A stretch of DNA of 64,000 bases. Origin: Hydrolagus colliei (taxonomy: Eukaryota). Numbering within the stretch: the stretch's first letter is position 1; each line of letters starts with the position of its first letter. The translations under genes were made by a program, and so were the position numbers. The notes below the pieces were generated by a model that searched no databases, was not told where the DNA came from, and saw only the letters and a program-made list of their open reading frames with translations. Below, one piece after another: positions 50,335 through 62,602 of this stretch. The stretch covers positions 7,936,001 through 8,000,000 of the forward strand of contig CM068757.1 of NCBI GenBank assembly GCA_035084275.1. Direction: 5' to 3'.

Positions 50335-50705
50335 CATTAGTGGGTTAACATGGTAACCTTTCACCTCCGGCATCAGGCTTTGAATCCAGCCCAGACTAAT
50401 GGGATCAAAGACTCCTTGTGGCTGTTGGCAGTAAGCTCCTGTGTCAAATCAGTTTGGACAGTCCCAGCCCAGTTCCTAGTGGGCGTGGGAACCCTTCCTA
50501 ATTTGGCACTAATTGGCAGGCTCATTCAGACAGACCACAGGACGGCTGAATTGGGAATTGAAAAATGTTTCGCTGAGGCTTGCCCTGACTGTTGGTCCAT
50601 CACAGAGTATAGGGAGCTTTATTGCACATCTAATGGTGTAGTTTCTGATCAGGCAGTTTCTCAAACGATGACACTAGGTATTTGAAAAGGGAAAGTATCC
50701 TTCCT
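50335..50705 (+). mobile_element. LF-SINE-like element, near full length
   Basis: Colinear blocks ctttcacctc...gaatccagcccag; cagcccagttcctagtgg; ttggcactaattggca match the recalled LF-SINE consensus. Confidence 0.7.
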
Positions 50706-51339
50706 ACCTCTTTCCCAAATTGATTGAAATTTCAGTTACAAACATAAAAAATTAAAAATATCGAGGGTCAAAAAGGCAACCTTTGATGTGCTCGTCAACA
50801 CAGAGTTTTACAAATGTGGCCGTTTCACGGCTTATGATGTGATCGACTGCGCTTCACACTGCCACGCACTATCCCATACTATCCTCACACTGCCACATAT
50901 TGCACCACACTGTCGTCTCAAAGCGCTTCACAGAATATATTGTAAAGTGGTTGACCGTGTGGATGAAACGTGACAACCGATTACGCGCAGCAGTGTCCCA
51001 TAAACAGAATATTTTTGGGTGTGTTGGACGTTTGAATTTTTGAACATTGATTGCATTCTTTATGTCTAATGGTTTTCATTTACTTGAACTGTTCAGACAT
51101 CCGTCTCTTCGCAAAGTGGTTCAATCAATTGGTTAAGGGTTCAAGGGTCTGGTTAGTGCCTCTGGACTTCCAGGCTTGTTTGTGCAGCCTAATTGTTTCA
51201 GTCTTGTCCACCTGCCTCTCCCACCCAGGGGAGCAAAAGGACATAGACATGGTCACTGTCAGGCGGTCAGCACTGATTGTTGCGGTCCCAACTTTCTTCC
51301 CCCACCCACACGTGGACTTGCCTTGTATCCTGCTCACAC

Positions 51340-51452
51340 ACAAGCACACACATACTCACTGAATTGTCATGTTTCCCCTTCACATGCACATGTACACACA
51401 CATTGATGTAAGATTTCCCTCTCATGCACACACATACACACACATGCATACA
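51340..51452. repeat. Degenerate (CA)n microsatellite cluster
   Basis: cacacaagcacacacatac...tgtacacacaca...cacacacatacacacacatgcatac. Confidence 0.7.
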
Positions 51453-51825
51453 GTGGCTTGATTTGTTTAGATCTCAATCATTCCCTTCCAACTCCCTATA
51501 ACTGAATTATTTTGCTAATTTGGCCTTGAGGTAGGAGACTTTCATTAGTGAGGTTTGATGAACCACAAATCAGCAGCAGAGCCACAATGCCAGGCCTTTT
51601 GTTTTATCCTCTTGTTAATTAAATCCAGTGAAGCCTCTATCTCGTGCAGTATGTTCCGAAGGTGGAAATTTACCAGAAGAAACTTTCCCCATTCCCCAAA
51701 TGAAGAAACACTCATGTGAGAAACACTCAAAAATGTCCTGAGGTTGTGGGTGTTTATATCACCTCCCGTGCTGGCTTTCCATCAACTGGCGTAAGGTTTC
51801 AATTCAAGTTTCCACACATTTTAAT

Positions 51826-52110
51826 GAAGCTCGTAGCTCAGTAGTTAGAGCACCTAAGTTCGATTCTGAGCAGGGTGAAACCTTATGCAGATTTCCTTAT
51901 TCCACTCGTCTGATAATAATCCCTCAAAAACACATCAATTTAAAAAAAAGGTAATTTTAAACTGTTTGTGAGACACTGCCACTTGCAATTGTCTGCCGTG
52001 TTTCACCCACAAAATATACAGTCACTTCACTTTGCAGTACATTTTGTGAAGCGCTTTGAGATGTCTAGAAGATGTGAAAAATGCTATATTAAATGCAAGG
52101 ATTATTATTA
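51826..52110 (+). mobile_element. Near full-length tRNA-SINE, short variant
   Basis: gtagctcagtagttagagcac...gttcgattc...aaatgcaaggattattatta. Confidence 0.88.
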
Positions 52111-52484
52111 ACCCGTGCTTTCTGCCGCATTATTTAATTGTTAAAAATGCCTTGAATTTGTTTATGAGAGTCCTGGCTGCGTTGAAATTTCTCAAAAGCA
52201 CATCACACGAGTTATTTTGAAGCTTAATGACTGTTGTTCAGGTAGACAAACCCAGAGGTTTGTAATGCCATTGGACTTCTTGTGCCCATGATTCGCACCA
52301 AAGCTACGCTTTGGGAATCTTGCAACACACCAGCATGCCAACCTACTGAGAAGCCAAACTGCTTTGCCTATGATCAGGTGAGGCCGAAAGTCTTTCTTTA
52401 TCCCGACTCTTGAGATCCCAACATTTGCCCAGGCAGCATTGATTGGGAAAGAGGTAAAACTGGAGCCGGGGCACTGCACAAATG

Positions 52485-52553
52485 CAACAACAACAACAAC
52501 AAATTACATTTATAGAGCGCCTTTCACGTCGGGAGGACGTCCCAAGGCACTGA
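52485..52553 (-). mobile_element. L2 tail-only insertion (young, CpGs intact)
   Basis: (caa)5 caaattacatttatagagcgcctttcacgtcgggaggacgtcccaaggcactg. Confidence 0.88.
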
Positions 52554-52887
52554 AATGCAAAACCGACCAAGCGCGTTTTCTCTTTTCTAACGTTTAAACA
52601 AAAGTCTTTTCAACAAGAAGAAGCAGGAGATGTTGTCATTTTTCTAATGGTTTCCTAAACTGTCTTCAGGCCATTGCCAGAATCTTGGCAGAACAATATG
52701 TCCTCAGTGTTATTGGAAACTATAAACTGAACAGGGAGGGGAGTGTCGGAGAGTGGAGCTGCTCCTCTGCTTTGGTTACCGAAAGAATGATAGCAAGGAA
52801 CCGATAAATATGCTTCAGATCTCACAGTGTTAAAGTGGACTCAATCCGTCAGTTCCAGCAAAGCCCCAGTCTGCTTAAATGGATTAT

Positions 52888-52958
52888 TGTACAACCTCGA
52901 TAATGAGAACCATTTTCGCTGGTCCCAATGGAGTTCTTACTAATGAAGTTCATCTGTA
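52888..52958. mobile_element. Tigger/pogo-like DNA transposon end
   Basis: aacctcgataatgagaac...gctggtccc...gttcttactaatgaagttcatctgTA: internal inverted motif and terminal CTG-TA. Confidence 0.4.
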
Positions 52959-55921
52959 AGTAAGAAAATTAAGATAAAATAATACTGTAGGGAAAACAGT
53001 TCTGTGGTTTATACATATTTAATAGGGCCTTGTTCATGATTTTCTTGCGGGGGAAGAAATGTGCTCGAGAAGGAGCTAGAGACTTATTAACTGTGAATTG
53101 GAGAGTCTGTAGTGGATCAAGTTTTACCTTTCACTGAGGAGCCCCATATCCTGGAGCGGACAATTTAAAGCTAAGCCGTAGTATCAAGATTCTCATCAAC
53201 AATGATAATACAATCAGTGGCTGAAATACTAATCCCTCATCTATTTCCTTTCCAAAATAAAATAAATAATACAGAGCAGCCACGCAATATGACTGTTAGG
53301 CTTCTCCCACTCGTTGTACTTTCACCTTGAGCATATTCTCGCTTCTGGTCTTTAAAGTGGTCTCGCGTTAGGATTCCATTAAAGAGGCAGAATGTATTTT
53401 TTCGGTACTAGATGGTCCCCCAAATCCTAGGTTATGACCAGAACAACACTGACAATAGTATCTGCAGATGAAGGGAAACGGTTCCTGAGTTTTTGACAGA
53501 TGGTTGTTGCCTCCTGCAGGGTAGAAATGAATGGGGAGCAGCCCTTTTGTAATACAGTAAGCAGAGAGGTGTGAAAACCACAAATTGGTCATTAGACATT
53601 TATGGTTGATGATCTGTTAGCAGACAGTTTATTCAATCCCAGATGATCCCTGTAGGCTGACAGAGGTGTCCTTTGACGTGTGCTAAAAGCCTGCGTTCCT
53701 GCAAAGGAGCTTCACTGATGCAGCTCACTAGATGTGTCACAGTTTGGCTGCCAGAGGCACAAAAAAAAAGCTTTGCATTCAAGATCATTCTTTGTTCACT
53801 GTTCCAGACTGAGGTGCTCATTTTACTCAAAATCTGACTTCCTCTTCTCCTTGGGTTACAGCCCCATCTGTTGTAATGTGATAAACAACAACAACAACAA
53901 CAAATTGTTGCTGGCGCAGTGTGTATTGCAGACGAGTCATGGGGTTGGCATCTCTGATTGCACAGGAATGTGTCTGGCAGAATGAGTAGAGAGATGTGCC
54001 ATCTGATGTGCCATCAGTTTCCTTTACCACTCACCCCCACCCCCACAGGGAGAATGGACTTTGGTTATTCCAGCACCGCTCTGTCCCAGGAGACTAACAT
54101 TGGTGAAGGCCGAGGAACTATTTAATGTGGAAATAGTGTGAGAACGCGGGACATGGAACTGTGGGGAATGTTAAGGCAATGAAACTCTTTCGGTCAGACT
54201 TGTTCACACGCCTCTTGATGTTGTTTGCATCTCCAGTCATTGTAAAAAAAAGTGTTTTTTCTTTTCTATTTGTGGAATTCTCTGGGGTGCGGGGAAGGGG
54301 AGGGATATGATAGTCACATCTCCTCATCTGCCTAAAGCTGAGAATACAGAGTTGCAGGTGACCAGAAACCATGGTAAGAGATAATTTGAATGAAGAAGTG
54401 AAGCGAGGCCTACAATGGAAATTACATATGAAGTCAAGATGTCTAGCAAACATCCTACCTCACTCAATGAATCTAACTGCAGTTCTTACTTATCAAGAGA
54501 GATTGGGGGCCAAATTGAACCAAACCTAACGTTTTCACCTTTATCCTTGCATCTGAAAAATAAAATAACCAGCTGGTCAATCCTAAGGTCATTGCTGATA
54601 ATCGCCTTGGTGGGTTTGAGCAACAAAAATGGCTTTCTGTTGAAGGGACTGGTTCGGGTGACTGCAATCAAGAATTATTCAATTTGATGAGAGTTCATTT
54701 GCGTATTTGGATGGGCAGCACACTCCCTAACTCAGGAGACGTCAAGTGTAGGTACACAGGTTCACTGGTACGCCAAGAGGGCATCAGATTCAGAGCATCA
54801 ACATGCAAATCTGATGTTACTTTGCAATATTCCACACAGCGGCATTCTGAGCGTGACTTGGCAGGGCTGAGATTGCGGAATAAATCGGGAAGCTTGACAC
54901 TAAATTTCCCCACTTCTGTGGGTTCGATACAAACTGGTGTGCTTTCAAATTGCGGTGGGTCATGGGAATTTTTAATTTAGATTTAATCTGTGTGGCCTGT
55001 GATCTGCAATATTTGCGTGGGGAGCTTTGAGTTCTTCAGCAGCATGAACCTCTCTGCATGTCTGAACTTAAAAATGACTTTGAGACAGCACTAACCTGGA
55101 TTTCTGTTTGAACCCCTCTCTGTGCAACTGATACCATTTCACTTCGATGTGGGATTCTGATGAACAAAGTATTTGGAGGCTTAAGCAGTTCAAAGAGGAA
55201 TTTTAGAAAATTATTGTCTCTGTTTGTTTTAAAAAGAAGGCATTTAAAAGAAAATCTGCCGGCATCACATCTCCATGCTGGAAGAATTTATATCCATATT
55301 TAAGTAGCTAGTAAAAGCATTGAAGACACTGTATCCAATTCAAAGCTCTGAGTATTTTTCGGTCTGCGTTTGTACTGTGTTAGAAGCGCCAACACAGATT
55401 GCAGCTGCCTTCGATTGAAGTAGTATTTGGCAACATGGGTTAATCTGACTCCCTGTGTGTTGCACTGAGTTGATGTGAGCATTGTGGATGGAGGGGTTAA
55501 ATGATGGTAATGGGGTGCACAGCTTTACTGTTAGTGCCACAAAGGCTATTTCTCGATCTTTCATCTTTGCTATTAATTTCACTTGAGGTTACTGACCTGA
55601 TTCTAAAGGTATTACGACGCAAAGTATTGTTGAAGCATTTTGCTTGGTAGAATAAAAAGTTCTATTTTGATTGAATTAGGGTCAACACTGTGAACAGTGC
55701 CATATATTTATACTGAGCCCTGAACTAAAAAGGAATGAAGTTCTCACAATAGATAATAATAATCTTTCATAAGATCATCAGAAGGTTGTGCAAATGCAAA
55801 GCTAGTCCTGGAAATCGCATTTCAGGCATTGAAAAACTCAGAAATGTTGAGACCTGAGTTGGTGCCTGTGTGTGTCCATAATATGTAGGGCATTGCATAC
55901 GGAAACGAGGGCTATGGGTTT

Positions 55922-56090
55922 CAAAATACAAAATACTGGAAGATGCCGGAAGTCTGAAACAAAAACAGAAATCACTGGGAATACTCAGCAGATCAAGCAG
56001 CATCCATGGGGAAAGGAAAGTGAGTCAACATTTTGGGTCCATGATACTTGGATTGTTCTGACAGTGTTCCCAGCAGTTTCTGTTTTTGCT
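55922..56090. mobile_element. Penelope-like terminal repeat fragment with inverted second arm
   Basis: Homologous to 21428-21545; gtgttcccagcagtttctgttttt is the inverted copy of aaaaacagaaatcactgggaatac. Confidence 0.7.
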
Positions 56091-56097
56091 ATGGGTG

Positions 56098-56388
56098 TTG
56101 GGGGAGCACTGCATTGCCAATGGTGCTGTCTTCACTTGATGCATTAATCCAAGGTTCTCGTGGCTATTTGTGTAACACAAAAGATTCCATTGTATTCAAG
56201 AAGAGAAGGGAATTTCTAGCTAGCAATCCTTCAGCTAAAGATTGGTTGTTCACTTCATGGCTGACATTGCTGTGTGCAAATTGGCTGCCACATACATCTA
56301 CATATACACAGGCCCACTTAACAGAAACTCTGTGAGGAGCTTTGCAATGTTAGAGGAGCTTTATGGAAATGAAAGGATTATTATTATA
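56098..56388 (+). mobile_element. DeuSINE/SacSINE1-like SINE
   Basis: gggagcactgcattgcc...aagattccattgtattcaagaagagaaggg...gctgtgtgcaaattggctgcc...ggattattatt. Confidence 0.72.
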
Positions 56389-58616
56389 TAAGTAGTAGAT
56401 TTCAGTGATGCTCATCTTGGCGGCTGTGTTAAAACGTAATCTTGTAACCAAGTCAGCTTTATGGCATGCTGTGCCTAACCAAATTGTTGGTTGCACTTTC
56501 CGCACACCGGAGAACAGAGAGAGTATTTTGCTTGCATTATTATATTGTAAGTTACTGGGGAGAGAAAAAAGCTTCATATCCCGAACCAGTTTCCGAGTGC
56601 ACAATACATATTGCATAATGGAGTCAATCTATGTACAGCAAGAATAGAAATAATACATTCAACTTCTGACTGCACACAGTGGGATCTCAAATGTTGACGA
56701 ATGCACATCCTGGGAATAGGCACTTGCCAATGACATTTAAAGTCCATTATGTTTTTTTTTGCTCTTTTTTAAATGCACTCAATTCCTGTTAATTGAATAA
56801 CTTGGTTGCTGCAAAATTTGTACTCGTGTTCGTCAGAAATTCACATGATCCAAGAGCCCCCTTGGCAACCGCTCTCCTTATAATGTTCTCAGAAAGCATC
56901 TCAGGTTTAGTGTTTAGTATGGAGTTTGATCGCCCTCTTGTTCTCTTAAATCTAAGGCTATTTGGATGCCATTGGATGGGTTTTTAGATAAAGGGTAGAT
57001 CCGTCGCCACTGGTGTTGCGACATGATAAGTACATCCACGATGGGGGCTGACCTGATAACTCGCAAGTGACACAGTCAGGAATGAATTATGGTCACCTCA
57101 CAAGTGAAGATATTTATCTTATAACGTTGCCAGCGATGCATTCCATCTACGAAGCTTCTAAGAGCGTTTTCCCACTCAGTGAAAGCAAATGAATTTAAAG
57201 CCCTTTGTTAAAAAAGAAATCGGCAAATCTTTAATAGTTTATCTCCTAACAAACATTGATTTCTTTTCCCCAGAAAAAGAGAGAAACAGACTCGAAGGAC
57301 AGCAGCGTCATCAATTAAAAACTCCCTGTTATTACACTGGTGTATTAAAGTATGAAAAGAACTGAAGTCATAACATGGGATTTAAAACACAGCCTTCTGT
57401 CTCAGAGGCAAGAGTGTGATCAACTGAGCCAGTCTGTCGCTGCTTTGTACCTTCTCTTTGTCATGCCATCATTCCACGTAGTGGTTCCCTCTCACAAGTC
57501 TATACAAATAAAGGTTTCATCAGGGAGAATAAATCACAGAGTGACTGAGAAGGTAACCTCTGTCATTTATTATTGTGTAAAACCATGAATACCATTGAGG
57601 GTCTCATTTGCGAGAGAAGTTGACTGACTTTACAAGAGTCAGTTGTTTTATTCAGCCACAGTTCAAGACGGCGCAGAGCGGGAAATATAAACCTCTCGTC
57701 ACTTCCAGCAATGTGAGTGAGCACAAAAATTCAAAGAAAAGCAACAACTTGCAACAATTTAACAGTGCCTTTTCAAGTAGGTTGAACCTAGCAAAGTTCT
57801 CTTATTGGGATTTTGCATGACATGTACTTTCCTGTTCATGTCTGAGTTTCTCAAGTGTAAGGATTTTCAAGTCCCTCTAAATACCTAGCACCATCAGAAT
57901 GTCTGCATAGGTACAGGGCTGCATAAAACGACTGGCTCGTTTCATAACGATCTCATTGGAAAAAGGGTTCTCACATGAGTGTGACATCCTGTTAGCTAGA
58001 AACCTGCTTATCATGTCACCTGACGCTTAGTATCACTTATCTTCCTGTCAGTTGTAGTGAGTCAATAAGAATCCATTGTATCAATACATCTACTTGTACT
58101 TTGACTACCAAAAATTGACGCTTTGTACGAGATTGGCATTTTGCTGTTGAATGGTATGAAAGGAACTAGGAAAGATTGTGACCAGGAGTTTCTTTGTAGT
58201 CTGACAACAAGAGAATTTATCCAGCTTCTCAAAGACAAATTGTTGGTTGCTCAGCAAAATTTAAGGGTGACTCTCAAATTTGAGAGGTGAAAGTGGTCTC
58301 AGGCTCACATTTTCAATATTGAGTGTCCTTTTTACTTTATTTGTTTCCCGTGTCCTCCTGCTTTGAAACAAAATGAACCCCCTCCTCTCCCCCTCCCCCC
58401 CCCCCATTTCAGACCCCACATGTAGTAGATCTTACATGCAACTTGAGCATCTTTTTAATAGCAGAAACAGATCACCCTCTAGAGCCTACTGCAGAATGTA
58501 ATTGTGTAACAGTCTGAACTTGGTAAAATGTGAAAATAAGACAATATATTGTCTAGACTGGTTATTCTCTATCTTAAAAAGCAACCGTATCAATGGGTGA
58601 ATACAGTAAAAATACT

Positions 58617-58776
58617 ACTACTAATAATAATCCATGTATTTCTTATAGCGCTTTTCACGTCTTCTAGACGTCTCAAAGCACTTCACAGAATATACTGTAA
58701 AGTGAAGTGACTGCATATTTGTGAGCAAAACACAGCAGCCAATTGCACATGGCAGTGTCCCACAAATAGTCATGGA
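58617..58776 (-). mobile_element. tRNA-SINE 3' fragment
   Basis: ctaataataatcc...tagcgcttttcacgtcttctagacgtctcaaagcacttcacagaatatactg. Confidence 0.88.
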
Positions 58777-59251
58777 ACAATAGAACAATATTTTGAGGAC
58801 TTCCAGTTTTCATTTGTATGATATATTCACTGCTAAAATATAAAGTCACTACATTTTACTAAATCCTTGGAAGCAATTTAAGATATTCCTCCAATGTGAA
58901 AGGTACTAAATCACATGCAATGATCGTTATATTTTACATTCAGCAGTTTATATTTCAGTGAAACGGATAGTGTTTTGGGGGGTGAACAAATAATAATTTG
59001 TGTTTTGAAATGTTCGATGTGACAAATAGAAAGTTGTTTGTCTCAGTTTCATGATTTTTTTTGGTCGTGGTTCAAACATTACAGTGATTTGCTCGCTCGC
59101 CAACTCAATACCGGGATCCAAAACGCAGCATTCACAAGCCAGAAGTCGTAATCACAGCAGTGTTTTCCTGACAAAAGTCATGAAAAATCCCGCAACCAGG
59201 ACGGAAAACAAATTGGCAAAAAATGAGGGGAGTAAAAGCAAGAGAGAGTTG

Positions 59252-59463
59252 TTATGATCTGGAATGCACTGCGTGAAAAGGTTGTGGCGGAAGCAGATTC
59301 CATAATAGTGTTCAAAAGAGAATTGGATATATATTTGTAAGGGAAAAATTTGCTGTGGAGAAGGAGTGGGGGAGTGGAACTAATTGGAAAGCTGTTTCAA
59401 AGAGATGGCACAGGCATGAGGGGCTCATGGTTTCTTTCTGTGCTGTAAGATTCTATGATTCTA
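59252..59463 (+). mobile_element. CR1 LINE 3' end with ORF2 C-terminus
   Basis: Translates IWNALREKVVAEADSIIVFKRELDIYL*; ends tgtgctgtaagattctatgattcta. Confidence 0.9.
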
Positions 59464-61082
59464 AAACAAAATACTGTACTGGGTTTAAGGGCTTTGGTTG
59501 GCGTTTAGGATTGTGAACATGTATTGTATTGCCAACAGGTTTGCAAATTACACATTTTAGACCCTATTTGGTGTATCTTTCGTAAAGTCACCTTGTGCAC
59601 TCTGTTGGGGCTGTGGGTAATCCAGGAGGATTTGCTTCTTAACAAATGCAGTCATTTTAATGAGTCACCACGATAGAACATCATTGTTAGGGTTTTTTTT
59701 GGAGTTATTGTTCCACGCTCACTCACTCAGTACAACTTAAAGCACTTAAAAGCTAATGCATTCTGCGTGGCTTTCTAGTGTTGATGTACGACAGATGTGA
59801 CCTTGTGAAATTTGTTTTTTTTTGGGGGCACCACTGAATCTTTTAGATTGTCCTAAATGGAGTAAAGAACAAGATAAAATCATCAGCGCTTCTGTAGTGG
59901 AGGAAGTGTTTTGCAGGCACTTGTTCGTTGAAGCCAGCTCTTGTGTTTTGTAGTTGATTAGGACTAACGCTAAAATTGCTTTTACCAGGCTCTTACTCTC
60001 AACAGCAGTAAGCAATGATAACTAACAATGCCCTCAGGACCTAGTTAAAGCTGCATCACATTCAGAAAAGCACTTTAATGTAACTGCATTAGGAAGCTGT
60101 CAGTTGTTTGTGGGCAAAACAGACTTTAACCCTTAAAGACTTGAGAAGATCCACTGTCACGTTTACTCGAGAAAGTTCCCAATCAGCTAATGGTTTGACT
60201 AAAGGGCTAAAAAAACCATTTAGCAGTTCCGTTGATGTGACAAGTAAAGTGACACTTTTTACATCCCAATGAGTGTTTGCATTCCACGTAGGTATTTCAT
60301 TCCAGGAATTGCAGTCCAGAAAGGAACTCAAATTGTGACCTGAATTCCTTGAAGAACATTTCATCTCTATCTATATCTACAGGATGGCTGCTTGATTTGA
60401 CAAGGAACCAACCTAGCTCTATGATCTACAAAGATCGTCTGTGCCTTATGTATATTATGACTGGTTTAGGAGTCTGTCGGTTTTAACAAGTGTTTTCTTT
60501 TCAGGTGAAAAGGAAGGGACTATAACCTTATATATTTTTTTCTTCATCTTGCTTGTCTTTTGGGTGCTCCAACCTGGAGAACACAGATTCAAAGGCGTTT
60601 CAGGACAGATTACACCAGTCACACAGTGGGAGTCAAGTCACACAGCAGAAGTATTGATGGTTTATTTCTGCTTTGGAACCCGTGAGCCAGAGGAATGAAT
60701 GAGTTGTGGGGGAAAAGAGGAAAACTTCTTCTCTTTGACTGACCACTTGATATTTTGCTGAATTCACTACAGACTCTGCATCACCACCGTCATGCCTCAT
60801 ATTTTGTTCTTGACTGGATATTAAAGGGCTCTTGAGTACTAAACACCGTTGATCTTGCACCTTGCATGGGCTTGCTAGAGTCCCTCATAACACCAGGATA
60901 AGCTTGATGCCCGGCAAACTGTGATGAATGGACAATCATTAACAGGAAAGCGTGATTAAATCAGTAGCAGCAGAATAATAGGGACGGAGAACAATGGGTA
61001 ATGGCAGGACCATCAGCTGGGGGAAGAGCACAGGGAGATCAATATGAAGGGGAAGAAAATATTGGGCTCCAAGATTCTTAAA

Positions 61083-61164
61083 CCTTGAGACATCCTCCTG
61101 ACTTGAAAGGTGCTATACAAGTGTAATTTTGTTGTTGATGGTTGTTGTTATTATTGTTGTTGTT
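61083..61164 (+). mobile_element. L2 tail-only insertion with expanded (TTG)n
   Basis: ccttgagacatcctcctgacttgaaaggtgctatacaagtgtaattttgttgttg. Confidence 0.82.
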
Positions 61165-61428
61165 AAACAGGGTTTGTTGTGCTAAATTTGGGCTCTGATT
61201 TCCTAATCCCTAATCCCCCAAACTGGGAAAATCTGATTCAATGAGAGGGATCATTGAATAGCTGGTTCCAGCCATATACTGTACTAGCGGTCTGGTCACT
61301 GCAGCATAAAGGGATTACTTAATCCCTAAAGACAGTGCAGAGGACAGCAACATGGGTGATCTGCAATGTTAGAGGAATAAAATAGGATTAGACAAACTGG
61401 GGCTAGGGCTCTTCATTCGTGAGAGAAG

Positions 61429-61625
61429 ATAATAATAATCCTTGCATTTGATACAGCGATTTTTTACGTTGTTGAGACGTCTCACTAGATACAGAAGTGT
61501 GACTGGGTACTTTGCGGGCATAACACAGCAGCCAATTGCGCACAGCAGTGTACCAGAAACAGTCTTAGATTGAATGACAAAAATGTTTTCAAGGGATTAT
61601 TACCCCCAGAAAAGTAATGTACCAA
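61429..61625 (-). mobile_element. tRNA-SINE 3' half (long variant)
   Basis: ataataataatccttgcatttg...gcagccaattgcgcacagcagtg...gggattattacccccagaaaag. Confidence 0.82.
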
Positions 61626-61651
61626 TTTCTCCAAAATGTTTCAGAGGGGAC

Positions 61652-61716
61652 CTTCAACGTTTTGGGACGTCCTCCTGACGTGAAAGGCGCTCTATAAATG
61701 TAATTTTGTTGTTGTT
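61652..61716 (+). mobile_element. L2 tail-only insertion
   Basis: ttttgggacgtcctcctgacgtgaaaggcgctctataaatgtaattttgttgttgtt. Confidence 0.88.
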
Positions 61717-62424
61717 ATAGAGGTGCACCAAAGAGCCTTCTTCATCCAAAGTGTAGCCAAAAAAGAAGAAAATGAAGGAATCCCAAAACTTAATAGGTTA
61801 AGTGGTCTTTTCTCAACTACGAAAGATTCTATGATTCTTCGTAAAACATAAAATGGAAGAACTGAACTAAAACAGCATAATTTACTTGTGTATTATTTGC
61901 ACCGAAGAACTGTTGACAAGAAGAAAGCAACTCTCCGTCATTTCATTTTGTTCCTGTTTTTTTTCTTCAAAAAGCTTCTCTGGCCTCACTTTCCTTGTTA
62001 CACCTCTTAAACTCTGTTTTTCTGGCTGTGAGTGAATAATAAATGGAAATAGCTGCACAATTTAAATCAATATCCGTTGTATTTGTGCCTATGCACTGAA
62101 TGCTTTTAGTTGTTCGTTCTTGCAGGGGAATTGTGTTTTTTCTTGTCTGGAATACACTTTGTTCAGGACTGGCAACTAATCTTCATCGTGACCTACATAG
62201 AGCTGCTGTCTGTGTGTTCCACAAATTATTTTATCCAGTTAAGAGTCTGACAGGACAACAAATGTTTCTTTTTGATGGGTTGGGGGTGGGATGGGCGGGG
62301 ATTGTTGTGGGCGATGAAGGGAGAAATATTCATAACCATTTTTTGTTTCTTTTTCTTCTCCACCTCACATATCCTGGACTAATCCAAGCTACTCATTTCC
62401 TATTGGTATTGGTTGGAACACAGA

Positions 62425-62602
62425 TTTGATTCCCGGGCAGGATAAAACATTCGGCAAGTTTCCTTACACTACACATCTCTGTTTACCTGTACACCTTGCA
62501 GTAAGTAGGAACCTGGTTGTTAGTCGATTGATGGATTGCATTCTGGGGGTAATAATCCCTCCCCAAAAAATTTTTTAAAATTAATTTTGACTACTCAATC
62601 CA
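62425..62602 (+). mobile_element. tRNA-SINE long variant, 5' half
   Basis: tttgattcccgggcagg...ggcaagtttccttacactacacatctctgtttac...gcagtaagtaggaacc...gtaataatccctcc. Confidence 0.75.

Noticed and set aside
55766-55786. CTGATGA...GAAA hammerhead-like cores (also 39259 and 52652)
   Set aside because: No stem II/III pairing or cleavage triplet in register
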